The position numbers and the translations under genes were made by a program. Below are positions 12,931 through 23,909 of a DNA stretch of 64,000 nucleotides, in pieces. Positions within the stretch are counted from its first letter, which is position 1. Each line of letters begins with the position of its first letter. The notes under the pieces were generated by a model that saw only the letters and a list, made by a program, of their open reading frames with translations, made no database searches and was not told where the DNA came from. Source of the stretch: Phyllobates terribilis (lineage: Eukaryota); contig NW_027362772.1 in assembly GCF_046119375.1 (NCBI RefSeq), positions 65,906,001 through 65,970,000 on the forward strand, in the 5' to 3' direction.

Positions 12931-13714
12931 TCGACTTTTCAGCTACATGCAAATATGACTTTATCCTCGTTCACAAAATTTTAGAGCATAAACTGCAGAG
13001 GGGCCCACCGGAGGATTCTCTTATGCTCCTGTGGGCCAGTCCAAGCCTGGACCCTACAATCTTAACAAGCTTACAAATTGATTCACTTGTATCTCACTCT
13101 GCATTCTGCTATGTACTGTGATACGTAGTAGCTGTAGAATCTACATTTTTCTATAGCAAAAAGGCATTTTAGCCAAAATGACAAGCATTTAAGAAAAAAA
13201 TTCCCCAAATGAGTCCTTATCTTTTAATTCTTAATTTCAAAGGGTTTATCATGATTTATGAGAGAAGTAGCACCAATAGATGGCACTAAAGAGACAGCTT
13301 TCTTTCTTCTAGAGGAGAGCTAGTTAGCATACCTATTCTCCCAGAGATAATTGCTTGCCCAACAAGATTTAAAGCCGATGTAATCTGTCAGATTCTAATG
13401 CTAACCACCCATTGTTTGTAATAATTGTGTGATGTGAATTGATTAAACGACTAAACGGTGTTTCCAAAAATGCTCGTTCTTTGTGCATGGTGTCTAAGGG
13501 GTAACATTCTCCTTGTGGAGAGTGACAAGCCAAGCCTGGCATGTCAGAGTGAGGAGACTTATAAGCCATGCATTCTCCTTTAAGAAATTAAATATGTAAA
13601 TTATCTCTTCAGAGAAGAAGAGAACTAGAACTCTAGTCCCACCTATTGGAAGCAGCGATCCTAAAAGTCAATATCGACTCTTTAACGAGCCTGGCAATAT
13701 GACATAGGAAAAAA

Positions 13715-13795
13715 GCCAAACCAGAATTTCAATTTGCAGACACGATGTTTCGGGTGTTGCCCTTCATCAGTGCAAAGTATGAGATCTGATTTGGC
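13715..13795 (-). ncRNA. Type I hammerhead ribozyme motif, copy 1 (core intact)
   Basis: UUUGCA-CUGAUGA-A-GGG CAACA CCC-GAA-ACA UCG UGU-C-UGCAAA; GUC cleavage predicted between 13739 and 13738; stem I extends through an internal loop to GCCAAA/UUUGGC. Confidence 0.85.
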
Positions 13796-14060
13796 TCAGT
13801 GAGAGGCTCTGGACTGGGGTATAAGGGGTAACGTTTCTCCTTATAGAGAGTAACAAGCCAAGCCTGGCTTTTCAGAGTGAGGAGACTTATAATCCATGCA
13901 TTCTCCTTTGGGAAATTAGATATGCAAATTGTCCCTTCAGAGAAGAAGAGGACTAAAACTCTAGCGCCACCTATTGGAAGCAGCGATCCTAAAATTCAAT
14001 ATTGACTCTTTAACGAGCCTTGCAATATGACGTAGGAAAAAAGCCAAACCAGAATCTATA

Positions 14061-14105
14061 TTTGTAGACATGGTGTTTCGGTGTGTTGCCCCTCGTCACT
14101 GCAAA
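14061..14105 (-). ncRNA. Hammerhead motif copy 2 (C3-to-G, probably inactive)
   Basis: UUUGCA-GUGACGA-GGGG CAACA CACC-GAA-ACA CCA UGU-C-UACAAA. Confidence 0.75.
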
Positions 14106-14897
14106 GTATGAGATCTGATTGGCTAGGTAAGACTCTCTGGACTGGGGTTTAAGGGATAACTTTTCTCCTTATGGAGTGACAAGCCATGTCTGTCATGTCA
14201 AAGTGAGGAGACTTATAAGCCATGCATTCTCCTTTTTGGAAATTAAATATGCAAACTGCGTTCTTTGTGCATAAAATCATTTAGGGGAGCAAAAAAGTTC
14301 TCGTTCAAGTTTCAAAAAATTCTGTAATGTAAATGGCAGTTGTTTGCTCGGTCAACGCTTTGACTGACAAAAACGAGGAGTGGAAATTCAAGTCCTAAAT
14401 ATGATTGTTTGTATTCCAAGGCAATAGTTCAGTTTCAGTTAAAGCATTGGAACGAGCACCATATTCGCAGATGGAGCGAGAACATATTCGTAAATAGCTA
14501 AAAAAAAAATTTGCTTTGTGCATTCAATTAAATATTCTTTGTAGAATATTAATGGAAAAAGTTTGTATAATACTTTATGAATTCATGCATTCAAAACAGT
14601 TAGTATCACTTATGGGATTTGAACTTTGAAAACATCTACATTTCAGTGTCTGTGTGATCACAATGCTTGATGGTACGATATAATGATCGTTCTTTAATCA
14701 TTCATTCTTGATTCTCATACTATCTAAACACTAGTCTGACATTGTTTACTGGTCGTGGTCAAATCGTTCACCATCTAATCGATTATCTGCTCGTGTAAAT
14801 GAACCCTTACTATGCAAAGAGAGATGGCAGTCTCCACAAGGAAAATATTACCCCCCAAAGCAGACAATCCATATGTCTGTTATAAAAATAACAACTT

Positions 14898-16510
14898 TAA
14901 AAAAAACAAAAATAAAAGCAAACACACAAACAAAATACAATAAAGTAACAACATAGAGTTTGCAAAAAAAAATACAAAACAAACAAAAAACACAGTAATA
15001 ACATAGAATTTACAAAAAAACAAACAAAAACAATAAAGTAATAAAATAATTTATAAAAACAAAAACAAAACAAAAAACAAATAATAAATGTTACACACAC
15101 GCCGCTAAGTTCAGATAGGGCGAGAGGGGTTTTATGAATTCTTTGGAATCCTGGGGGAACCGTTACTCAGGGCGACCATAGGCTGCAGCTTCTCTCAGGC
15201 ACATGATAGATTCCATTGCTGACCAGACACATCTGACAAGAGTCTTTTCAACAGTTTAACAGTGGAATTTAATCTAAAGCACGGCCAGTGCAATTCAGGG
15301 ATATTACAGCAACAATCTTCATTACAGCACAGTCTGTGCTTCTTGAGCAACCGGCTCCAGTAACAATACAGTAGTTTCTTCACAAGGCACAGTATTACAG
15401 TCTCTTCAGTAGCATAATTCAGCATAGATTAGATCTCTTAGCAGCACACTTCTATGCATACACAACCACAGGCTTTTCCTTCACAAGGACTCAATAGTAC
15501 ACAGCATTCTTTATCCTGCATGGAGATGGGGGGTTGATGAGGGAGATGATCCCTGTGACACAATTCCTTTCAGTCCTTATCTTCCTGCCCGATAATACTC
15601 TGCACTGTTAGTTCAGGGAGTTTATCTGACCTGTGTTTTGTTTCTCTCCTGATCTAAATCCAGTTCAGTTGCCTTCTGTCAGATCCAGATAACACACCAC
15701 CTTTCTCTTCGGCTTCAGCCAGACAACAATAACAAGTTCCTCACAGTCCCCCTGGGGCTCTGCTGAAACACTACCTGTCTCCTGTAACTGTGTTAACTCC
15801 TCTAGTTGCTGGATGCTTCTGAAGCACAACACTCCCTGTCTCCTGGGCTTGTGTTAAGCCCTCTAGTTGCTGGATGCTTCAGAAGCACAACACTCCCTGT
15901 CTCCTGTGCTCGTGTTAAGCCCTCTAGTTGCGGAATGCTTCTGAAGCACAACACTCCCTGTCTCCTTTGCTTGTGTTAAGCCCTCTAGTTGCTGGATGCT
16001 TCTGAAGCACAACACTTCCTGTCTCCTGTGCTTGTGTTATTTGTAACAGTTGCTGGATGCTTTGGAAGCAACAGCACTACTTCAGTATGTCACATAAAAT
16101 AATGACATAGAATTTACAAAAAACAAAAACAAGCAAACAACAAACAATGAATACCTTAGAATTTAAAAACAATAAAAATAAAGTAATAACATAGAATTTA
16201 CAAGAAAAGAAAGCAAAACAAACAAAAAACAATAAAGTAATAACATAGAATTAAAAAAAGCAAAAAAAAACATGCAAGCAAAAAACAAAGTAATAACATA
16301 AACTTTACATAAAAAGAAAACAAAACAAAGAACAAACAATAAAGTAATAACTTCGAATTTACAAAAAAAGTAAAGAAAACAAACAAAAAATCATAAGCTA
16401 ATGGAATTTACAAAAAAAAGAAAAGGAAGCCAACAAAAATAATAAAATAATAACATAAAACTTACAAAAAAAAAGAAAACAGCAAACAAACAAAGTTTAC
16501 CAAAGATACA
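14898..16510. repeat. A-rich degenerate tandem repeat (AAACAATAAAGTAATAACATAGAATTTAC-like) split by an LTR-like insertion
   Basis: Same motif recurs on both sides of 15089-16094. Confidence 0.7.
15089..16094. mobile_element. Solo-LTR-like element with an internal ~60-bp tandem array
   Basis: TGTTACA...TGTCACA ends, TAAA on both sides (weak evidence in an AT-rich flank); CACAACACTCCCTGTCTCCTG...GCTTCTGAAG repeated ~15780-16070. Confidence 0.6.
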
Positions 16511-16587
16511 AACTTTAGATTCTTAGTGGATCATTGTATCATCATGTATAAAGGGGCATAAAAGTTATAGCAAAAGTATGTGCTCAC

Positions 16588-16860
16588 CTGCTACAGTCAC
16601 ATTCTCGGAGTCGCTGGTGTTGGAGCTGACAGGGTTCTGGATGGTGCAGGTGTAGGATCCACTGTCGGTCTCAGATATTGGGGTGAAGTTAAGGAATGAT
16701 CCCCTGCAGATCACGTGCGGCTCAGAGCAGATTGATTTCTTATCACGGTAGAAAGTGTAAGTGGTCACAATCTGATTCCCGGCATCACACCGGATTGTCA
16801 CATTGGTGCCATCAACAATACGATCAGAGATTATACTGAGAGTTGGCGCATTTAGGAAAG
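16588..16860 (-). CDS. Gene 1 Ig C2 exon a1 (FLNAPTLSIISDRIVDGTNVTIRC...SGSYTC...VTVA)
   Basis: CGTTTAG acceptor, GTGAGC donor, 273 nt, phase 1/1. Confidence 0.92.
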
Positions 16861-17554
16861 CTAAACGGAGACAAAAAAAAGGACGTTATAAAAAACTAAT
16901 ATTACATAATATAATCATCTGATGGTATCTATGTGTTCTGACAGGAGAAAAATTTTTATCTTCCTTCTTCCAGCTCCTTTCGGCTGATTTATGACCACGT
17001 AAAGGTCATGTAGACATCCGTGAAATACAGTCCGAGCACTGACCACAAAATACGGACTGGCCGAGGGTCTACTAACCCAAACTCAGCAGCCTCATCTACA
17101 GAGGGAGACATACTGTTGGCGCAACCTGTGCCGGGGCCAGTCCATGCATTGCTATATGTGCTAGGACCATATTTCATAGACATCTACACAAGCCCTTAAG
17201 CTGAACTTAATGGTCATAAATCAGCCGAGAAGAGTTCAAAAGAAGGAAGATAAATGTTAAAAACGTTCCCATCCGAAGTATCTGACTGACCGATTCTATA
17301 GATTCTGATCGAGGCTATAGAAGGCAAACACCGCAAAATGTATAATAAAACACAATTGAAAAAATTATTATTACCTAAAAATACATCCATTTAAGTAAAA
17401 AAAGGTTGTTGTTTTTTTCTAACCAGAAACAGTGCCACCCTTTCCTACAGGTCGTATCTGGTATTGCAGCTCACTTGAATTTGTTTTTAATCTAATACGA
17501 GCCCTTTAAGTTACATTTTAACATCTGTAATTAAAAAAAAATAAAATTACTTAC

Positions 17555-17887
17555 AGTAGAGTTTGAGATCATAGGCGATGATTTCAGTGATGAATGTATT
17601 TTCATTAAACACATAGAGACTATAATGTCCTTCATCCGCGAACGTCAGATTGTCCAGTCTCAATGTCTCATTCCTAAACAGCTGAGTTCTGCCCCTGTAC
17701 TGAGGATGGTACTCGGGAACACTACCAGGATTGACCTCAGCAATCACAGTGACATTTCCGGTCTCCCCCAAGACCCACGTTATGCGATATTCATCAGGGA
17801 GGTCGACAAATACATCAAAATCCACCGATCCTCCAAAAGTTCCATTTAACGACAAGGTAGGTGTAGGTGTTGCCAAACCTGTGTGCA
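17555..17887 (-). CDS. Gene 1 N-terminal IgV-like exon without cysteines (CEACAM N-domain-like)
   Basis: CTTTCAG acceptor, GTAAGT donor, 333 nt; YRGRTQLFRNETLRLDNLTFADEGHY V-set motif. Confidence 0.92.
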
Positions 17888-17967
17888 CTGAAAGTAATAG
17901 AAAAGGAAAAGTTCGGTATAACATATCCTATAAAGTATCTTCTATAAAGGGCTTCTCGTTCTCTTAC

Positions 17968-18019
17968 CCTGACTGAAGATAAATATCATCCAGCAGAGAG
18001 GGATCTGGCCATTGTCCAT
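17968..18019 (-). CDS. Gene 1 leader exon MDNGQIPLCWMIFIFSQ(V)
   Basis: ATG 18019, hydrophobic stretch, CAG G|GTAAGA phase-1 donor, 80-nt intron to the V exon, continues VHTGLA. Confidence 0.8.
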
Positions 18020-18469
18020 TTGTTTGCGATGTTTTCAGCTCGGTGTTTCTTGGAGATTATATGCACCAGGTAGCTGTGCACACACTAAATACTACACACC
18101 AGGGTACTGCTCATATATCAACCTCATAATATTACCAAACTTCTAACTTGGCTCCAGATCCCACCAGCTGGTGAAATGAGGTACTGCAATAAATAAATAT
18201 TACGAGTCACAGGCGGCGTGAGGTGATGCAAAAAATGTCCAAGGATGAGTCAACTTTTATCATCGACTATAAGCCACTCTCTGCTTTTGCAGATTGTTGA
18301 GTCTAAGCTTTCACGGTCTAATTATTGGACAGGATTAATCTATTCTATCTGTGTTCTAGGATCAATAAATGAGGGCTGCGTTAGTGTATATTGGGTCCAA
18401 TATTGATCAAGTAATAGCATGATACTATGACAATATACAGTATAGTATCATTTATATCCAGTAATTAAA

Positions 18470-19100
18470 GGGTTAGTCCACAAAAAACAAGTTATTCCAT
18501 ATTTACTTGATAGGGGATAAGTTGCTGATCACTGAGGGTCCAACGGCTGGGAAAGGAATCAACTTCTGCTCCATTCATTGTCTATGGCACTGTCAAGCTA
18601 ATTACATCAACCCCATAGACAGTGAATGGAGTAGAGGCTTAGCATGCACATCTCTGCTCCATCCATTTCGGACAAGGTTGCAGAACTCCTTTTCCTGTGT
18701 TCCAGAGCCATGTTTTCAGAATCACTGGGGGGTCCCAGTGGCCTGACATCCAGCAATCAAGTCCCCCAAAAATCATGATATTTTTCTATCCATTTGATAG
18801 GGGATAACTTGCTGATCACTGGAGATCCAACAACTGGGACCTCAATTGGTCCCAAGAATGGGGTCAACCTCTGCTCCATTCATTGTCTATGGTACTGTCA
18901 AGGTATTTCCATCAACGTCATAGACAATGAATGGTGTAGAGGCTGAGCATGCGCATCTCTGCTCCAACCATTTCGGACAAGACTGCAGAACCCCTGTTCT
19001 AGAGTTCCAGGGCCTCGTATTCTGCGATAGCTCGGGGACCCACCAGTTCGACCTCAGCAATCAACAAGTTTTCGCCTATCAAATAGAAAGGGAATAACTT
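18470..19100. mobile_element. TTAA-started MITE with an internal ~300-bp tandem duplication
   Basis: GATAGGGGATAA...CTGCTCCATTCATTGTCTATGG...CATCTCTGCTCC occurs twice (~18509 and ~18796). Confidence 0.55.
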
Positions 19101-19355
19101 GAAGTTTTGGAAATAACTGTGGGAGTGAGCATGTGTGTAACTAGAGATGAGTTAACTCAAACTGTAAAACACCAAAATTCATGTCCCCATTGCCTTCGGG
19201 GTTCGGGTTCAAGTTCTGGTAGAGTTCTGGTACCCTAACCAAACTTTGGACTAAAGTTCGGTTGAACCCGACGAACCTGAACATCCACGGGTCCACTCAT
19301 CCCTATGAGTAACTTCTCGTTAGTATGAACCTCCTTGACAAAATCGTGTTTACAT

Positions 19356-19790
19356 CCTTACTTAAAGGGGATGTACATCCAAGGCAAAAATATTGTTCTA
19401 TAGGATAGGTCATCAATATCGGATCGCTGGGGGACCAACACTCATCAGGTCCAACAGTCGGCAGAAGTGCAAAGTGTAGAGAACTAGAAGATTACAGTCT
19501 GTAGTGACTTGGGTTTGGCTTGAGTGGTGCAGCTCAGCTCCCATGCACTTCAATGGGAACTGAGCTGCAGTACCTGAGAACGGCCACTACACAGTGTATG
19601 GAGCTGTGAAATTTCGGCTCCACTCACCTCTATAGTTCTGGTGGATGTGGGAACTGCTAACAGCTGATCAGTGGAGGTAACAGGTGTCAGACCCCTACCA
19701 ATTTAATATTGATGACTTATTTTAAGGTTCTCGACAATCTCGTTAGATAGGATATCTATCTAGTTATGTAGCAACGTGTCTACTGCCCCT
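19356..19790. mobile_element. T2/Kolobok-type MITE
   Basis: TTAA|AGGGG ... CCCCT|TTAA with inner inverted arms. Confidence 0.65.
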
Positions 19791-20101
19791 TTAATGCTTG
19801 AGAATTACTCTGATTTGAAATTTAGAAGTTTGGAAAAGTTAAATAACTACTCTTATTGGAGCTGTAAAGTCTTACTGGTTGTCATCCAGGATCCTCCCAT
19901 GTAGGAACATTGGAAATGGTTGGGGATTCTAATTTTAGGATGTTCTTTACATAATTCCTACTTTAGGTGTGTTTTTGGCAGGGATCACATGGACGTCACA
20001 GTCTAATCTTTTACTAGAAAAATTCATTCCACATCTTAATCCTCAGACTACAGAACTTGAAACAAGACAAACTACTAGCTGTGCCCTGGTGCAGAGACGC
20101 A

Positions 20102-20162
20102 ATGGAGAGAACCCCGAGATATCCGCTTATCTTCCCAATTTTCACACTTCTGGTGGCTTCGG
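20102..20162 (+). CDS. Gene 2 leader exon MERTPRYPLIFPIFTLLVAS(G)
   Basis: ATG 20102, hydrophobic core, TCG G|GTAAGA phase-1 donor. Confidence 0.85.
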
Positions 20163-21159
20163 GTAAGAATTCCCTCATATGTCCACAGAGATGAGTTTTT
20201 GAAGCAGAAACAGCGAAAACTCTCCAAATCCTTCTCCAAATCTCAAAACTCCTAAAAACGTTGAGTTTCCGTTCAATTTCTGGTCCAGAAACTCATCAAA
20301 AAGACTCTGTGTGCACATAGCCTATGTCTGTATTGTGTTGGAAAATGTTTATTTAACCTGCCCTTGTATCAGTAGCGGAACTTTTTGCTGAGTTTTCGGA
20401 CCAGAAACTGAACAGAAACTCTAAGTTTTTGAAAAGTTTTGAACTTTGGAGAGGTTCCACATCAGTTTCTGTTCCAAAAAGTCCTCAAAACTCTCTGTGT
20501 GCACATAGCCTTTGTATGGCGTCCCCTTCAGACTTATGATGTAAATTTGATCCCATTTTCAATGACTCATTCGAGGTAAGAATGGCTTTGCGGATTTATA
20601 TTACAAAGGGAGACCATGCTGGAATATCTTAAAGGGATTTCATAATTAAAACATTGAAATAATACATTGATAATGGTAATTAATATTGAGGACTGGCTGT
20701 GGCAAGAGGGATTTATATCCTTATATAATAGTAGGCACGCTTTGCATTCTATAATTTGACACATTCCTATTGAGCTTTTTTATTTTATTTTGGACATCCC
20801 TTTTTAATTAAGCAGGGTCTCTTGCACAAATCACAGGTCTGCTACTGAGACCCCTACATGCTCAGATGTTATTCCCAAATGGAGATTTGAGAGAATATAA
20901 GGCATTATAATGGGCACCAGGGACCCAAAAAATTAATCAAGGACTGTTTTTGTTGGCTTCTGTCTTTTGAGCTAAGATAGTATAGATGTGTTCCCCAACT
21001 GTTCCCCCAGTGGCGTAACTAGAGTCCGATGCGACCCGGTACGAAATTTAGACCTGGGCCCCCACCTACATGTTTTACAGATGCTTGGTCCCTTGTAGCA
21101 TTCTAGATCCTATAAAGACATATGTGTTCTCCCCCTCGTATAATAATGTCCCTATCCTT

Positions 21160-21850
21160 GCCTCATCCTGTAATAATGTTCTTCATCCCAGGCACCTTCC
21201 TGTAATAACGTTCCCCATCCTAGGTCCCTTACTGTAATAATGTCCCTAATCCTGGACTCCTTCCTTTAATAATGCCCCCCCATCCTGGGCCCCTTCTTGA
21301 AATAATGTCCCGATCCACGGTCCCTTCCTGTAATAATGTCCCCCATCTTTGCTTCTTCCTGTAATAATGTCCCTCATCCTGGGCCCCTTCTTCCAATAAT
21401 GCCCCCCTCCCAGGTCCCTTCCTGTAATAATGTCCCCAATCATGGGTACCTTCCAGTAATAATGTCCGTAATCCTGGGCTCCTCCTTTAACAATGTTCCC
21501 CCATCCTGAGCTCCTTCCTGTAATAATGTCTCCCTTCCTGAGTCCGTTCCTCTAATAATGTCCCCAATCATGGGTGCCTTCCAGTAATAATGTCCCTAAT
21601 CCTGGGCTCCTCCTTTAATAATGTCCCCCCATCCTGGGCCCCTTCCTGTAATAATGTTTCCCTTCCTGGGTCCATTCCTGTAATAATGTCCCCAATCATG
21701 GGTGCCTTCCAGTCATAATGTCCCTAATCCTGGGTCTCTTCCTGTAATAATGTCCCTAATCTTGAGTGTATTGCAGTAATAATGTCCCTAATCCTGGTCT
21801 CCTTCCTTTAATAATGTCCCCTCATCCTGGACTCCTTACTGTAATAATGT
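21160..21850. repeat. ~32-bp minisatellite (CCTGTAATAATGTCCCCCATCCTGGGCCCCTT) in gene 2 intron 1
   Basis: About 20 degenerate tandem units. Confidence 0.85.
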
Positions 21851-22484
21851 GGAAGGCACGCCAATGTCGGGCATGGCGTGACGTGCAAGCTAATGTCATC
21901 TACCGGCTTATCATTGGCCGGGAACGTGTATTGCAGGGCAGAGAACAATGTTGCAACCATTGTTATCTATATTTCTCTGATGATAGTAAATTATCTGGTC
22001 AAATGGTCACAAATACATACAGGTACACACAGACAGTTTACTCTTATCCAAAATAAGGTAGACTTTAAGTTCTGCCCCAGTTTAGCCCAGGAACATCTAT
22101 TTTCATGCAAATGTGAATAAACCTTGCCCCTGAGGTTTGCAGGACAATTCCAACAAAAAAGGGACAGTCGTTACCCACATAGTTATATTCCAGTGACTTT
22201 TATGCAAATTACATTACATATCATACCGGATGAATATACTAAATATACTAAGGAGGGAAAATATAAAAACAGGCCATGAGTTGTCTACAAGAACAAACTC
22301 CTTATTCTTTGACTTTATAATTGCCTGGGAGAAAAGAGTTGAAAATCATAAAATGTGTATATTTTAATTAAAACATATAAGGTAAAATGAATTAAAATAG
22401 AGAAAGCATGAACTGATGCCTATGGCAAACAATATGATTCTAGACCTTCATAAAGACTCCTTTTTTTTGTATTTTCTGTTGTAG

Positions 22485-22811
22485 GCTTAGTGACTCCAGT
22501 CATTTCTATGGAGCAGGTGGATGGGATGTTGGGACATTCTGTGGATTTCAAAATTCCCATTACCTTACCTTCTCAGTACAGAATAGACTGGAATTGTGGA
22601 CACACCGGGAAAGTTATTGTAATTGCGAGACTGACGTCTAGTGGATCTCCGCAGTACAATCCTCTCTATAAAGGAAGGACTGAGCTGATGGAAAATGGGA
22701 CTTTGAGACTGAACAACGTCTCCTTTGCTGATGAGAGCACGTATAAAACAAAAGTGTTCAATCCCGTAACGTTCAATTCCTACGTTCAACGCTATCAGTT
22801 GACCATCTACT
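22485..22811 (+). CDS. Gene 2 N-terminal IgV-like exon lacking the canonical disulfide
   Basis: GTTGTAG acceptor, GTAAGT donor, 327 nt; YKGRTELMENGTLRLNNVSFADESTY. Confidence 0.92.
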
Positions 22812-23630
22812 GTAAGTATTTATTTTACTCTAGTTTTAACTCAATCAAATCTCTAAACATGTACGTTGGCCCCGGGGCTAGCCGAAAATGTCTCTATGTT
22901 TGGATGTTCCATAAGCGGTCAACATGGTTGGAGGAAATACTCTTCATTGCAGGGGCCCAAGTTTGATGACAGATTTGTCTGATATATTTTGTTTTCAAAC
23001 ACATTGTGAGGGATTCTAGAGCTAATGGTGGGTGGTCTGCCATTTATAGGCCCCTTCAATTAGCTGGAGAACAAAGCAGCCATAAGGAGGATCTCTAACT
23101 TAAAGCATGTGTTCTTCTCTGTTCACTTCTGAATTGAGAAGCAAGTGGGTCATTCATGACCATCAGGAATTGTCTACCTGTCCCAATTATTAGAATAGGA
23201 CAGGAGCACAACACCGACCAATCGTGAACCGGCCCAGCAGATATCAGTAGACATATCGTCACTGGTCCCACTCACTTCTCAATGCGGAATTGACAAGACC
23301 GACTACATCTGGGCAATATCTAGACAGTCCATTGATTTCAATAAGTGCCATGTAATTCTCTATTTGCCCTCTGGAGGCACTGCAGAAATATGAAATACTT
23401 GCTGCTGAATTTTTATGTAGATCAAAGGTAATGGCTAAGAGTCCATGCAACAGGACACCATGGAGGGCATCTTTGAGGAAAAAAGAAAATATTGCAAAGT
23501 AGATGACCCAATCAAGTGCAGTTACATTGGCTTTTGACTATAAAATAAAGGGCTTTTTAGAAAAGGTTAGTTTAATTTTACTTTTGTTCTATCTTGTTCT
23601 CAGCCACATTTATGTATTTTTTTTATCTAG

Positions 23631-23909
23631 CTAAACTTACTACCCCGGCTCTCATTCTCAACCAAAAGAGTCCTCTTATTAGTGGCACAAATGTGACCCT
23701 CCGGTGTGATGCCGAGAGTCAGACTGTGACTTCTTACACTTTCTACCGTGACGGTCAGAAGATTATCTGCTCTGAGCCCCATGTGATCTGCAGGGGATCA
23801 TTCCTGGACTTCACATCAATAACTGAGCACGAGAGTGGATACTACACCTGCACCATCCAGAACCCTGTCAGCTCCAACACCAGCGACTCCATAACTGTGA
23901 CTGTATCTG
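23631..23909 (+). CDS. Gene 2 Ig C2 exon a
   Basis: TATCTAG acceptor, GTGAGT donor, 279 nt. Confidence 0.92.

Larger units (their letters stand above)
13489..14258 (-). mobile_element. Retrozyme/satellite-2-like tandem insertion, ~2.35 units of 327-328 bp
   Basis: TAAGGG anchor recurs at 13495, 13822, 14150; 14-bp direct repeat CGTTCTTTGTGCAT at 13475-13488 and 14259-14272; hammerhead motif in each full unit. Confidence 0.85.

Noticed and set aside
13896-13913. Possible Staf/ZNF143 site next to the octamer (TTCCCAAAGGAGAATGCA, minus strand)
   Set aside because: Spacing between CCCA and ATGC does not fit the consensus
14897-16386. Hydrophobic F/C/L-rich ORFs
   Set aside because: Translations of the A-rich low-complexity repeat
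21947-21989. MLQPLLSIFL followed by TGA TGA TAG TAA, and other possible gene 2 leaders near 22276
   Set aside because: In-frame stops and no phase-1 donor; 20102-20162 fits far better
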